The notes under the pieces: model-generated | The model's input: only the letters and a program-made list of their open reading frames with translations | What the model was told of the DNA's origin: nothing | Database searches by the model: none | Program-made: the position numbers and the translations under genes | Assembly (NCBI GenBank): GCA_965206595.1 | Contig: OZ242214.1 | Location: forward strand, 5,600,001-5,664,000 | DNA length: 64,000 nt | Direction: 5' to 3' | Source: Candidatus Latescibacterota bacterium | Lineage (GTDB): Bacteria; Latescibacterota; UBA2968; UBA8231 | Shown: piece after piece, positions 42,426 to 55,256 of the stretch | Numbering within the stretch: position 1 is the stretch's first letter | How the letters are laid out: each line of letters opens with the position of its first letter

Positions 42426-42890
42426 CTACTCGACCGGGGCTCCGGCCTCGACCCAGGCTTCGACCAGAGCGATCTCCTCCGGCTCGAGAGCCCTCGCCGG
42501 GGGCATGCGGTCGCCGGCGATCCTTTCGTCTCCCCGGACCTTCATCAACAGGTACGAGTTCACCGGGTCGCCCGGTGCGATGAGCTGGTAGTCCGGCCTG
42601 GCGGCGCTGGAGACGCTGACGATCTGCGCGATATCCTCGCCCCGGAGCGACAGGTTGGCGGCAGGGTTGTTCCCCCCGTGGCAGCCGGAAGTGGCGCATT
42701 GCGGGGTGAAGATCTCATCGCTCAGGCGGGCAAGGGTCACTGGCTGATCGCCGTCGCCGCCAGATGACTCCCCATCGGTGGTGCCGTTCGGACCTACGGA
42801 GGAGTCCTCCCCCGAGCACCCCCAGGCCAGCAGTACCGCGGCGAGGCCGCGGTGTAGGAGGGAAACTGCGTGCCTTGTTCCGGATTTCAT
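42426..42890 (-). CDS. lipoprotein with cytochrome c-like domain (CX4CH)
   Basis: Lipobox LAWGC, IFTPQCATSGCHGG, PGDPVNSYL..K, RMPP, WVEAGA. Confidence 0.75.
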   Translation of the reverse strand: MKSGTRHAVSLLHRGLAAVLLAWGCSGEDSSVGPNGTTDGESSGGDGDQPVTLARLSDEIFTPQCATSGCHGGNNPAANLSLRGEDIAQIVSVSSAARPDYQLIAPGDPVNSYLLMKVRGDERIAGDRMPPARALEPEEIALVEAWVEAGAPVE

Positions 42891-43034
42891 CTGGTTTCCC
42901 CATCTGGTGAAGCAGGGCCGTGTCGTCAGGACATCCCCTCCGGTGCGAATCACAACGGGTGAAGGCGGAAGAAAGCCTCGCCGGCAGTTGCTGACGCTCT
43001 TTCGAGTACCAGAAGCGAAATCAATTTCCTTCTC

Positions 43035-44003
43035 TCACTTCTCGGTCTCCTTCGGCTGCGCCGACTTCCACCCGCGCCTGGGACCTTTGGGCCTGGTGCG
43101 CTCGTAGCGCTGCCGGATCTCGGTGAACTCCTGCCACTCGCTCACTACCGACTCGGGGTGGGCCCGGCTCTGGAGGACGAAATCGGCCTCGGGCGGGTAG
43201 CAGGCGATCTGTTCGTTCTGCCTGCCGGGATCGAAATCCGCGGGCAGCTCGCCGACGTTGTTGGGCACCCTGGCCGACTGGTAGCGGACGTCGACCGCCC
43301 AGCGCACGATATCGACGTTGTGCTGCGTCGATGAGTGGGGGGTCAGGTTGGTGAGAAACAGGACGCCTCCGACAGGCACAGGCACGGTCACCGGTTCCGC
43401 TGGCGGCAGGTCGGGATCGGTGATGACGAGGTAGCCTCCCGGACCGTTGGTGTGGTGGCGGGACACGCCGCGTCGGTGGCAGCGCGGCAGCACCCGCAGG
43501 CAGCCGTTCTCGGGGGTCGCGTCGACCAGCGGAATCCAGCAGGTGACGATCAGCTCGCCGTCGCAGTGGGGGCTGAAGTATCCCGAGTCCTGGTGCCAGG
43601 GGACGGCCCCCCGGTTCCATTCCGGTATCTTGGGGCGGATCCGGTAGACGGAGGAACCGACGATCTCCTTGCCGACCAGCGATTCGATCTTCGCCAGGAT
43701 CCTGGGATTGCGCACGAAGTCGAAGAACGCCGGACCGCTGTGGCCGCCGCCCCCCTTGCCCATGATCGCGCCAATGATTTCCGGCGCCTCCCTGAACACC
43801 CGGGTGAGCCGGCGTTCGAACGGCTCTTCCTCGTACAGGCGGCTGAGCTTTCCCTCGGCCTGCAGCTCGAGCGCCCTGGCGTGGATGACCTCGGTGAGCT
43901 CGTCGCGGAGGGGCTGGATGTCCTCCGGGGCGAACACGTCGGGAACCATGACGTACCCTTCGTCGAGGTACTGCTCGACCTGTGCTTTCGTGAGACCTTG
44001 CAT
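43035..44003 (-). CDS. PhyH-family dioxygenase
   Basis: YLDEGY, VPWHQD, WIPLVDATPENGCL, TPHSS, RWAVDVRY. Confidence 0.92.
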   Translation of the reverse strand: MQGLTKAQVEQYLDEGYVMVPDVFAPEDIQPLRDELTEVIHARALELQAEGKLSRLYEEEPFERRLTRVFREAPEIIGAIMGKGGGGHSGPAFFDFVRNPRILAKIESLVGKEIVGSSVYRIRPKIPEWNRGAVPWHQDSGYFSPHCDGELIVTCWIPLVDATPENGCLRVLPRCHRRGVSRHHTNGPGGYLVITDPDLPPAEPVTVPVPVGGVLFLTNLTPHSSTQHNVDIVRWAVDVRYQSARVPNNVGELPADFDPGRQNEQIACYPPEADFVLQSRAHPESVVSEWQEFTEIRQRYERTRPKGPRRGWKSAQPKETEK

Positions 44004-44172
44004 CAGTTTCCTTATCTCCGGGAATGAATTGCCTCAAAATAACCGGGGCGGAGCCGTGCCGGCAACCGGGAAAAACCGCTTGCCCGGGTATCGCATCGAG
44101 TCTCTTTTTTGTCCTCCGGTTCGGCGCGGTGGACCGGCTTGGAAATCTGCAACCCGTACCTCGGCGAACGAA

Positions 44173-44550
44173 ATGGCGATGAACAGCAGACAAGCGGAAC
44201 TGACCGAGACTCTCGTGGGCAACCTGAAGAACGGCGCCTTGACCGAAGAGGGTCTGCGCGCCGGCATCGCCGCGGTCGCAGCGGCCAACGGAACCCGCCA
44301 GGACCTCCTCTACCTGCACTGCGGATCGACTTCGCCGAGTTCACCCGTGCAGGGGATCTCCCTTTTCGAAGGGGGGCGCCAGCAGGAGTTGAGCGCCGAC
44401 CCGGAGGAGTGGCCGTACGAGTCGGTGCTCGACGCAATCGCCAAGGGCTGGCGGGTGATCTCCTTCCCCGACATGTCCCTTCTCACCCTGAGTGCCGATG
44501 AGTTCCACGGCCTCGGGTTCCTCTTCGTCCTCGAACGGTGGAGTCAGTGA
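44173..44550 (+). CDS. hypothetical protein coupled to the downstream PhyH gene
   Basis: RQDLLYL...WPYESVLDAIAKGWRVISFP...FVLER; its TGA overlaps the next GTG. Confidence 0.75.
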   Translation: MAMNSRQAELTETLVGNLKNGALTEEGLRAGIAAVAAANGTRQDLLYLHCGSTSPSSPVQGISLFEGGRQQELSADPEEWPYESVLDAIAKGWRVISFPDMSLLTLSADEFHGLGFLFVLERWSQ

Positions 44551-45398
44551 GGGCAGCAACCGGCGGCAGGACCCACGACTGCGAGCCGACCCTGACCGAC
44601 TCGCAGATCCTCGAGTTCTGCAAGAACGGGTACCTCCTCCTCGAAGGGGTGGTGCCCGGGGAAGTCAACCGGAGGGTGAGGGAGTACCTCGAAGCCGATA
44701 CCTACTACGAGCCGACAGGGATTCTAGGCGAGGACTGGTTCCTCGAGGGGGTGATCTGCAACCGGGAGGCGGCCGGTGCGGTGCGCTCCCTGCTCGGCGC
44801 CGGCTTCCACGTCCCGGTGCTGATGAGCAACCACAGGGTGACCGGGCCGTATCCGGCGACCAGCGGCTGGCACGTCGACGGCAACTCCTTCTGGGGCCCG
44901 GAGCTCAACTACCTTCAGGTCTTCTATTACCCGCAGGACACCCCGGCCGAGGCGGGGCCGACCGAGGTGCTGCCCGGCTCCCACCTCATCCACAACAAGG
45001 CCCGCTTCATGGGCCACTTGAACGCCATCCGCGGCGCCGTGTCCACCACCGCCCCGGAGGGTTCGATTTTCCTGACAGCGTACCAGATCTGGCACCGCCG
45101 CGGCGGTTCGACGACGAATAGGCTGCGCAACATGCTGAAGTACTTCTACTGGCGCACCGCATCTCCGAAGCGCGACTGGATCCGCGAGCCCGGCTTCGAT
45201 TTCTCCACCGCCGGCTACGGGGGTCCTTCAAGCCAGTTCGTCGAACAGTTCCGCGGCGACTGCAAGACCGCGGAGATGTTCCTGTGGCTGTGCGGCTGCC
45301 ACGAGTTCTACCGGAATCTCGGCGGCCAGAGCTGGCCGCTGCCGGGCAATCGCAACGAATTGCCGTACGGATTCCCGGATGAACTTGCGGCGCGCTGA
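44547..45398 (+). CDS. PhyH-family dioxygenase
   Basis: FCKNGYL, WHVDG, YYPQD, LPGSH, IWHR, RNMLK. Confidence 0.88.
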   Translation: MRAATGGRTHDCEPTLTDSQILEFCKNGYLLLEGVVPGEVNRRVREYLEADTYYEPTGILGEDWFLEGVICNREAAGAVRSLLGAGFHVPVLMSNHRVTGPYPATSGWHVDGNSFWGPELNYLQVFYYPQDTPAEAGPTEVLPGSHLIHNKARFMGHLNAIRGAVSTTAPEGSIFLTAYQIWHRRGGSTTNRLRNMLKYFYWRTASPKRDWIREPGFDFSTAGYGGPSSQFVEQFRGDCKTAEMFLWLCGCHEFYRNLGGQSWPLPGNRNELPYGFPDELAAR

Positions 45399-45416
45399 TC
45401 CGGGGGTGCCTTCCCA

Positions 45417-46517
45417 ATGACCGACATCGCCGGCTACAACCTGCCCTTCGACAGCCGCGGCGCCCCGGCTCACCGCGGCCGCGCCACCGTCCTCAACACG
45501 GCCAACCGCTTCGAGCCGCTGCATGTCGAGCTCGATCCGGTCGAGCCCGACAGCGAGGAGGCCGAACGGCCTGCGGCGCGCACCCGGTACTTCGTCGACA
45601 GCAGCCGCTCTGCCCTTTCCGCCAACGACAGTCCCGACCTCGGCTTCCGCTTCAGCATCAACCCCTACCGCGGCTGCGAGCACGGCTGCATCTACTGCTA
45701 CGCCCGCCCGAGCCACGAGTACCTCGGATTTTCCGCGGGCCTCGACTTCGAGACGAAGATTCTGGTCAAGGAGAACCTGCCCGGGCTGCTGGCCGCGGAG
45801 TTCCGCCGCAAGTCCTGGCAGCCCCAGACCGTAGCCCTGTCGGGCAACACCGACTGCTACCAGCCGGTCGAGCGCAAGCTCGGGATCACGCGCCGCTGCC
45901 TGCAGACCTTCCTCGAGTTTCGCAACCCGGTCACCATCATCACCAAGAACCACCTGGTCACCCGCGACCTCGACCTCCTCGTCGAGCTGGCGGCCCTCGA
46001 CCTCGTGCACGTCACCCTGTCGATAACCAGCCTGCGGCCCGAGCTCACCAACATCATGGAGCCGCGCACCTCGCGGCCGCAGCGGCGCCTGCGGGCCATC
46101 GAGCAGCTCGCCGCGGCCGGAGTGCCGGTCGGAGTCAACGTCGCCCCGCTGATACCGGGGCTCACCGACCACGAGGCGCCGGAAATCCTGAAGGAAGTGG
46201 CAGCTTGCGGAGGCCGCTGGGCAGGTTTCCAGATCGTCCGCCTGCCGGGTGCAGTCGCCCCCCTCTTCCTCGACTGGCTGAAGCGGAATTTTCCCGGGCA
46301 GGCGGAAAAAGTGGCCGGCAGGATCGAGAAAATCCGCGGCGGCCGCATCAGCGATTCCCGCTTCGGCACCCGCTTCACCGGGGAGGGGGAGCTCGCCGAC
46401 CTGACCAGGAGCCTGTTCGAGATGGCCCGGCGCAAGCACGGGCTCGACGGCGACGACCACCGGCTGACCACCGGCCACTTCCGCCGCGGCGGCGGCGACC
46501 AGTTGGAGTTGTTCTGA
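45417..46517 (+). CDS. PA0069-family radical SAM protein (spore photoproduct lyase-like)
   Basis: SINPYRGCEHGCIYCYARP, GLDFETKI, TDCYQP.E, MEPR, QLELF tail. Confidence 0.92.
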   Translation: MTDIAGYNLPFDSRGAPAHRGRATVLNTANRFEPLHVELDPVEPDSEEAERPAARTRYFVDSSRSALSANDSPDLGFRFSINPYRGCEHGCIYCYARPSHEYLGFSAGLDFETKILVKENLPGLLAAEFRRKSWQPQTVALSGNTDCYQPVERKLGITRRCLQTFLEFRNPVTIITKNHLVTRDLDLLVELAALDLVHVTLSITSLRPELTNIMEPRTSRPQRRLRAIEQLAAAGVPVGVNVAPLIPGLTDHEAPEILKEVAACGGRWAGFQIVRLPGAVAPLFLDWLKRNFPGQAEKVAGRIEKIRGGRISDSRFGTRFTGEGELADLTRSLFEMARRKHGLDGDDHRLTTGHFRRGGGDQLELF

Positions 46518-46833
46518 GACCAGGGGTAGCTGCGTATCCAGGAAGTGCACGATCAATACAACGGTCCGTTGAACAAACGCATGGTCGAAGAGGGTGACGA
46601 GCTGATTTGGGAGAAGGCCGGGGTCTGTGAATTCCGGATGAACGAAAAGCGAGGTCATTCCAAAAACGGAAGCCCGGCAACACGAGTCGTTGAGAAGCGG
46701 ATTTACGTGCCCTTGGCCTCAGGCCAGGGATGGGGAGCGGTAAATAGATGAGGCCAATTCCCTTCAAGGATGGTGTCAATTTTCAAATGACTTCCGTACT
46801 ATGTGAGCCCCCATGACGATTGGAAAGGGTTTC

Positions 46834-47841
<1,008 letters not shown>

Positions 47842-47978
47842 GGCCTCCGATGCATCTCGAGGGGAAACAATCGCGGTCCCAACCCAAACCGGTCATCTGG
47901 GCGTTTTTCCCCCTCGATCCCTACTCGGTGCCCTCCTCTGGCGCGAGAAGCCTTGCGGGAAAGCACCAGGACTGAACG

Positions 47979-48896
47979 ATGACCACGGCGACCGCCGGCA
48001 GGGCGGACTCCTTTCTCGATCCCGAAACCGTGTCCGGACTGGGACGTCTCGACCTGATCGCCCGTCTCGTCGTCGAGGGGTTCATCACCGGCCTGCACCG
48101 GTCTCCCTACCACGGGTTCTCGGTCGAGTTCTCCGAGCACCGGCCGTACATGCCGGGCGACCCGATCCGCGATCTCGACTGGAAGGCCCTGGCCAAGACC
48201 GACCGCCTGTACGTCAAGCGCTACGAGGAAGAGACCAACCTCAAGGCCTATCTCCTCGTCGACGCCAGCGGCTCGATGGCCTTCCGGGGGGCCGGGGCGA
48301 TCAGCAAGTTCCGCTACGGCTGCTGCCTGGCAGCGGCCCTTGCCTACCTGATGCTGCGGCAGCGCGACGCCGTCGGCCTGACCCTGTTTCGCGACCGCGC
48401 CCTGGCGCACGTGCCGCCGCGGTCGGTGCAGAGCCACCTCCACGTAATGCTGACCCAGCTTGCCCGCGCCGAGCCCGAGGCCGACACCCGCACCGCCCCG
48501 GTACTGCACGACCTCGCCGAGCGCCTCTCGCGGCGGGGGCTGGTCATCCTGATATCCGACCTCCTCGACGACCCCGAGGAGATCCTCGGCGGCCTGCGCC
48601 ACTTCTGCCACCGCGGCCACGAGGTGATCGTCTTTCACCTGCTCGACCCCCGCGAGCGGGACCTCGACTTCCGCCGCGGCGACACCCGCTTCGTCGACCT
48701 CGAGGATCCTGAGCAGCAGTTGCGAACGCAGCCCTGGCACATGCAGGCGGATTACCAGGAGATGATGAACCGGCTGCTCGACCGCTACCGACGCGGTTGC
48801 GCCGAAGCCGGCGTCGACTACGCCCTCATCGACACGGCGACCCCCTTCGACGCCGCCCTGTCCCGCTACCTGGTGCGCCGGAAACGCCTCGGATAG
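47979..48896 (+). CDS. DUF58 domain protein
   Basis: GLHRSPYHGFSVEFSEHRPYMPGD, DWK, KRYEEETN, DASGSM, LISD. Confidence 0.93.
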   Translation: MTTATAGRADSFLDPETVSGLGRLDLIARLVVEGFITGLHRSPYHGFSVEFSEHRPYMPGDPIRDLDWKALAKTDRLYVKRYEEETNLKAYLLVDASGSMAFRGAGAISKFRYGCCLAAALAYLMLRQRDAVGLTLFRDRALAHVPPRSVQSHLHVMLTQLARAEPEADTRTAPVLHDLAERLSRRGLVILISDLLDDPEEILGGLRHFCHRGHEVIVFHLLDPRERDLDFRRGDTRFVDLEDPEQQLRTQPWHMQADYQEMMNRLLDRYRRGCAEAGVDYALIDTATPFDAALSRYLVRRKRLG

Positions 48897-48953
48897 CGTC
48901 CCGTCCCGACGATATCCACCCTCGGTCCGACTCTTTCAGGGGGGCGGCTCCTT

Positions 48954-48985
48954 AATCTTGACATTTTTTTCAAGATTCTTAGGTT
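48954..48985 (+). promoter_or_regulatory. suf promoter with palindromic operator overlapping -35
   Basis: AATCTTGA-N8-TCAAGATT (48954-48977) contains TTGACA (48958-48963); TAGGTT 16 bp downstream. Confidence 0.72.
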
Positions 48986-49082
48986 CACAAGCCGTAACTC
49001 GCCGATTTACAGAAACTAACGTCCCCTTTACAGGCAGCGCCGCGGGGGTTGTCCGCCCCCCGGAGGCGGCCAGAGGATGGTC

Positions 49083-50572
<1,490 letters not shown>

Positions 50573-50576
<4 letters not shown>

Positions 50577-51343
50577 CGGCGATGCTCGCAATCGAGAACC
50601 TGCACGCCAGCGTCGCCGGCACCGAGATCCTGAAAGGGGTCGACCTCGAAGTCGCCGCCGGGGAGATCCACGCCATCATGGGGCCGAACGGCTCCGGCAA
50701 GTCGACCCTGGCCCAGGTGCTGGCCGGCCGCGAGGAGTACGAGGTGACCGAAGGTTCGGTCACCTACTGCGGCAGCGACCTCCTGGAGATGGAGCCGGAG
50801 GAACGCGCCCGCGAGGGGCTGTTCATGGCTTTTCAGTACCCGGTGGAAATCCCCGGGGTCAACTCCGCCTACTTCCTGCGCACCGGGCTCAACGAGATCC
50901 GCAAGCACCGCGGCGAGCAGGAAATCGACGCCATCGACTTCCTGACCCTGGTCAGGGAGAAGCTCGAGCTCGTCGAAATGGACGAGAGCTTTCTCAGGCG
51001 CCCGGTCAACGAGGGGTTCTCCGGAGGGGAGAAGAAGCGCCACGAGATCCTGCAGCTCGCCGTCCTCGAGCCGAAGCTGGCAGTGCTGGACGAGACCGAT
51101 TCCGGCCTCGACATCGACGCCCTGCGAGTCGTCGCCGACGGCGTCAACAGGCTGCACGCCCCCGAAAAGAGCGTCGTCCTCGTCACCCACTACCAGCGGC
51201 TGCTGCAATACATAGTGCCCGACGTCGTGCACGTGCTGATCGACGGCCGCATCGCCCGTTCCGGGGGCAAGGAGCTCGCCCTCGAGCTCGAGCGGAAGGG
51301 GTACGAGTGGGTGCGCAAAGAGACCGCCGAGGCCGGGGCATGA
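50573..51343 (+). CDS. sufC: Fe-S cluster assembly ATPase SufC
   Basis: [50 protein letters not shown]. Confidence 0.97.
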
Positions 51344-52695
51344 GCCGGGCGAAACGGCAGCCCCAGGATCGCCGTGAGTGGTACCTCGACTGCTTCCGGG
51401 AGTTCGAACAACGGCTCAACGGCGGTGTCCAAACCCCCTTGCACGCTCTGCGCCGGGAGGCGGCCGCCCACCTCGCCGAGCACGGGCTGCCGACCAGCAG
51501 GGACGAGAGCTGGCGTCACTCCAACCCGCAGCTGGTGACGCGGGTTCCATTCTCTCCCAGCGCCGCCGCGGGAACGGTGCGCCCGGCCGATATCGAGCCG
51601 CACGTGCTGGAAGGGGCCGCGGCGCGGCTGGTTTTCGCCGACGGCCGCTTCGTTCCCGGGCTGTCGCACACCGACCGGCTGCCCCCGGGGGTGCAGGCAG
51701 TGAGCATCGCCGAGTCCATGCGCGGCGGCGGCAGCGGCTTCGCCGCGGAGATCGCCCGCCACGCCGGCAACGGCGTCTCCGGGTTCGCCGCCCTCAACAC
51801 CGCCTTCGTCGAGGACGGAGCGTCCCTGCGTATCCCGGCGCGCACCGGGATCGAGGGCCCTGTTCAGATCCTCTACGTGTCGACCGGCGCAGGGGACGGC
51901 CCGGTGGCCTCCTTCCCCCGCACCCTCGTCGTCGCCGAAGAGGGAAGCAGCGCGGCCGTCGTCGAGTCGTTCGTCGGCAGCGGAACCGTTTCCGGCAGCG
52001 CTTCCCGTCTCACCAACGCCGTGTGCGAAATTCTGCTGGAACGCGGCAGCAGCGTCGAGCACTGCACCCTCCAGCAGGAGGGGGACCAGGCGAGCCACGT
52101 CGGCCTCCTGCACGTTACCGAGAGCCGGGACAGCCGCTTCACCTCGACCAGCGCCTCCCTGTCGGGCCGCTTCCTGCGCCGGGACGTCGTCACCCTGCTC
52201 AACGGGGAGGGAGTCGAATCGACGCTCAACGGGCTCTACCTCGGCGCCGGCAGCGAGCATATCGACAACTTTACCACGGTGGAACACGCGCGGCCCGACT
52301 GTGTCAGTCACGAGCTCTACAAGGGGGTTCTCGGGGATTCCTCCACGGGTGTGTTTCGCGGCAGGATTTTCGTGCATCGAAGCGCCCAGAACACCGACGC
52401 CTACCAGTCGAACCAGAACCTGCTGCTGTCGGACGACGCCGACGTCACCTCGCAGCCGCAGCTCGAGATCTACGCCGACGACGTGCGCTGCAGCCACGGT
52501 TCGACCGCCGGCGAGCTGGACGAAGATGCCCTGTTCTACCTGCAGGCGCGCGCCATTCCTCGAGCCGAGGCGGTCAGCGTGCTGGCGCGGGCATTCTGCG
52601 GCGACGTGGTCGACCGCGTCGGCCCGGATCAGCTGCGGGCGCACCTGCGCGCCCTCGCCGACGCCAAGGTCGAACGCCTGATTTCCGGGGGATAG
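51340..52695 (+). CDS. sufD: Fe-S cluster assembly protein SufD
   Basis: PTSRDESWR, FAALNTA, LYKGVL, PQLEIYADDVRCSHGST, LFYLQAR. Confidence 0.95.
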   Translation: MSRAKRQPQDRREWYLDCFREFEQRLNGGVQTPLHALRREAAAHLAEHGLPTSRDESWRHSNPQLVTRVPFSPSAAAGTVRPADIEPHVLEGAAARLVFADGRFVPGLSHTDRLPPGVQAVSIAESMRGGGSGFAAEIARHAGNGVSGFAALNTAFVEDGASLRIPARTGIEGPVQILYVSTGAGDGPVASFPRTLVVAEEGSSAAVVESFVGSGTVSGSASRLTNAVCEILLERGSSVEHCTLQQEGDQASHVGLLHVTESRDSRFTSTSASLSGRFLRRDVVTLLNGEGVESTLNGLYLGAGSEHIDNFTTVEHARPDCVSHELYKGVLGDSSTGVFRGRIFVHRSAQNTDAYQSNQNLLLSDDADVTSQPQLEIYADDVRCSHGSTAGELDEDALFYLQARAIPRAEAVSVLARAFCGDVVDRVGPDQLRAHLRALADAKVERLISGG

Positions 52696-52699
52696 AGGG

Positions 52700-53947
52700 A
52701 TGGTCATTCAGGCGACGGTAGCCAGCGATCAGCTCAACGTCGAAGCGGTGCGGCGCGACTTCCCCATCCTCGCGCGGCGCGTGCGGCACAAGCCCCTCGT
52801 CTATCTCGACAACGCCGCGACGTCGCAGAAGCCGCGCTCCGTCATCGCCGCGGTGTCGCGCTACTACGAGGAGGAGAACTCCAACATCCACCGCGGCGTC
52901 CACCGCCTGTCCCAGGAGGCGACCTTCGCGTACGAACGCGCCCGCGGGCGCATCGCGCAGTTCCTCAACGCCGGAAGCAGCGAGGAAATCGTCTTCGTTC
53001 GCGGCACCACCGAGGGGATCAACCTCGTGGCATCGAGCTTCGGGCGCGCCCGGATCGGGGCCGGCGACGAGGTGCTGATCACCCAAATGGAGCACCATTC
53101 CAACATCGTGCCGTGGCAGATGGCCTGCAGCGAGCGCCAGGCGACTCTCAAGGCCGCCCCCATCGACGACTCCGGTCGCCTCGACATGGATGCCTTCGCG
53201 AACCTGCTCTCGGAGCGCACCCGCATGGTGGCGGTCGCCCACGCCTCGAACGTGCTCGGGACGATCAACCCTGTCGCCGAGATCGCCCGCCTCGCCCACG
53301 AGCGCGGGGCCGTCCTGCTCGTCGACGGTGCCCAGGGCGCACCCCACCTTCCCGTGGACGTGCGCGACCTCGACTGCGACTTCTACCTGTTTTCCGGCCA
53401 CAAGCTCTTCGGTCCGACCGGCGTCGGGGTGCTCTACGGCAAGCGGGAGCTGCTCGAGGCCATGCCCCCTTGGGAAGGTGGCGGCTCGATGATCGAGTCG
53501 GTCAGCTTCGAGGAGACAACCTTCGCCGAGCCGCCGGCCAGGTTCGAGGCCGGGACCCCGAACATCGCCGGCGCCCTGGGGCTCGAAGCGGCCATCGACT
53601 ACGTCAACGAAGTCGGCGCCGAACGGATCGACCAGTACGAGAGGAGCCTGCTCGCCTACGCCACCGAGAAGCTGGCGGATGTCGAGGGGCTGCGGATCTT
53701 CGGAACCGCGCCCGACAAGGTCGCTGTCATTGCGTTCGAGCTGGCCGGGGTTCACCCCCACGACACAGGCACGATCCTCGACCTCGAGGGGGTGGCCATA
53801 CGCACCGGCCACCATTGCGCGCAGCCGCTGATGGCCCGCTTCGGGGTACCGGCGATGGCGCGCGCCTCGCTGGCCTTCTACAACACCCGCGAGGAAGTCG
53901 ACGTGCTGGCCGGGGCCCTCGCGTCGGTGCGCTCGGTGCTGGCATGA
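52700..53947 (+). CDS. sufS: cysteine desulfurase SufS
   Basis: YLDNAATSQKP, MEHHSNIVPW, SGHK, FEAGTP, RTGHHCAQP. Confidence 0.96.
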   Translation: MVIQATVASDQLNVEAVRRDFPILARRVRHKPLVYLDNAATSQKPRSVIAAVSRYYEEENSNIHRGVHRLSQEATFAYERARGRIAQFLNAGSSEEIVFVRGTTEGINLVASSFGRARIGAGDEVLITQMEHHSNIVPWQMACSERQATLKAAPIDDSGRLDMDAFANLLSERTRMVAVAHASNVLGTINPVAEIARLAHERGAVLLVDGAQGAPHLPVDVRDLDCDFYLFSGHKLFGPTGVGVLYGKRELLEAMPPWEGGGSMIESVSFEETTFAEPPARFEAGTPNIAGALGLEAAIDYVNEVGAERIDQYERSLLAYATEKLADVEGLRIFGTAPDKVAVIAFELAGVHPHDTGTILDLEGVAIRTGHHCAQPLMARFGVPAMARASLAFYNTREEVDVLAGALASVRSVLA

Positions 53948-54426
53948 TGGAAGAGCTAAGGGAGCTGTACCAGCAGGTCATCCTCGACCACAACCGCAAC
54001 CCGCGGAACTTCGGCCGGATCGCCGGCGCCAATCGCCGGCAGGAGGGGTACAACCCGCTGTGCGGCGATCACCTGCACCTTCACCTCCAGGTCGCCGAAG
54101 GGGAGGGCGGGGACGCCGTGATCGAGGACATCTCTTTCGAGGGCTCCGGCTGCGCCATTTCGAAGGCGTCGGCGTCGCTGATGACGGAAGCCCTGAAAGG
54201 CAGCTCCGCGGCCGCGGCGAAGCAGCTGTTCGAGCGCTTCCACAACCTGGTCACGTCCGACCCCGAGACCGCCGTCGATACCGGCGGCGTCGGCAAGCTG
54301 GCTGTGTTCGCCGGGGTGCGGGAGTTTCCGATGCGGGTGAAGTGCGCGACCCTGGCCTGGCACGCGATGATGGCCGCCCTCGAGGGCCGCGGCTCCCGGG
54401 AAGACCGGGCGCCGGTCAAGCGATAA
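53944..54426 (+). CDS. sufU: SUF system NifU-like protein SufU
   Basis: LYQQVILDH, NPLCGD, GCAISKASAS, RVKCATLAWH. Confidence 0.94.
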   Translation: MMEELRELYQQVILDHNRNPRNFGRIAGANRRQEGYNPLCGDHLHLHLQVAEGEGGDAVIEDISFEGSGCAISKASASLMTEALKGSSAAAAKQLFERFHNLVTSDPETAVDTGGVGKLAVFAGVREFPMRVKCATLAWHAMMAALEGRGSREDRAPVKR

Positions 54427-54444
54427 CTACGGAGTGAGTGAAAA

Positions 54445-54771
54445 ATGCAGAAGGAATACCCGACCGACAGCGTCGAGGAGAAAGTGGTCGCCGTCCTCAA
54501 GACCTGCTACGACCCGGAGATCCCGGTCGACATCTACGAGCTGGGTCTGATCTACGACATCAGCGCCGACGAGGCCGCCAAGGTCCACGTGACCATGACC
54601 CTGACCTCGCCGGCCTGCCCGGTTGCCGGAACCCTGCCTCCCGAGGTGCAGCAGAAGATCGCGGACAGGGTCGACGAAGCCTCGGGCGCCGAGGTCGAGG
54701 TCGTCTGGGATCCTCCCTGGAACACCGACATGATGTCCGACGCGGCCAAGCTGGAACTGGGCATGTTCTAA
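54445..54771 (+). CDS. sufT: DUF59/SufT Fe-S assembly protein
   Basis: DPEIPVDIYELGLIY, MTLTSPACP, WDPPW. Confidence 0.88.
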   Translation: MQKEYPTDSVEEKVVAVLKTCYDPEIPVDIYELGLIYDISADEAAKVHVTMTLTSPACPVAGTLPPEVQQKIADRVDEASGAEVEVVWDPPWNTDMMSDAAKLELGMF

Positions 54772-54785
54772 CCAGGAGAGCGGCG

Positions 54786-55256
54786 ATGAAGCTGAGTGCA
54801 CAGGAAGAGTACGGACTGCGCTGCCTGCTGACTCTCGCGCGCAACCCGGCGGGCAGCCTGACGATACCCGAGATCGCCCAGGCCGAGGGAATCACCTCCC
54901 ACAGCGCCGCCAAGTACCTGCGCATCCTGCGCCAGGCCGGCATCATCGAGAGCGAGCGCGGCCAGCACGGAGGCTATTCCCTGGCCAGGGACGCCTCCCT
55001 GATCCCGGTCGCCGAGGTGCTGACCGCCCTCGGCGGGCGCCTCTACGACTCCGGCTTCTGCGACCACTTCACCGGCATGGAGGAGGCCTGCCAGCACTCC
55101 TCCGTCGACTGCTCGATCCGCGGCCTGTGGATGCGGGTGCAGCGCGCCGTCGACGGTGTGCTGAGCAGCACTACCCTGCACGATCTGCTCACCGCGGTCG
55201 AGGGCAGCGCCAGCGGCGGGGAGAAGGAGTTGCTGCAGGTCAGTCCGAGCGGATAG
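54786..55256 (+). CDS. Rrf2 family transcriptional regulator with three-Cys Fe-S motif
   Basis: EEYGLRCL, SERGQHGGYSLAR, CDHFTGMEEACQHSSVDC, TTLHDL. Confidence 0.92.
   Translation: MKLSAQEEYGLRCLLTLARNPAGSLTIPEIAQAEGITSHSAAKYLRILRQAGIIESERGQHGGYSLARDASLIPVAEVLTALGGRLYDSGFCDHFTGMEEACQHSSVDCSIRGLWMRVQRAVDGVLSSTTLHDLLTAVEGSASGGEKELLQVSPSG

Noticed and set aside
46545-46751. 68-aa ORF in a lower-GC gap between the radical SAM gene and moxR
   Set aside because: No RBS or recognisable family; possibly a gene remnant but unsupported
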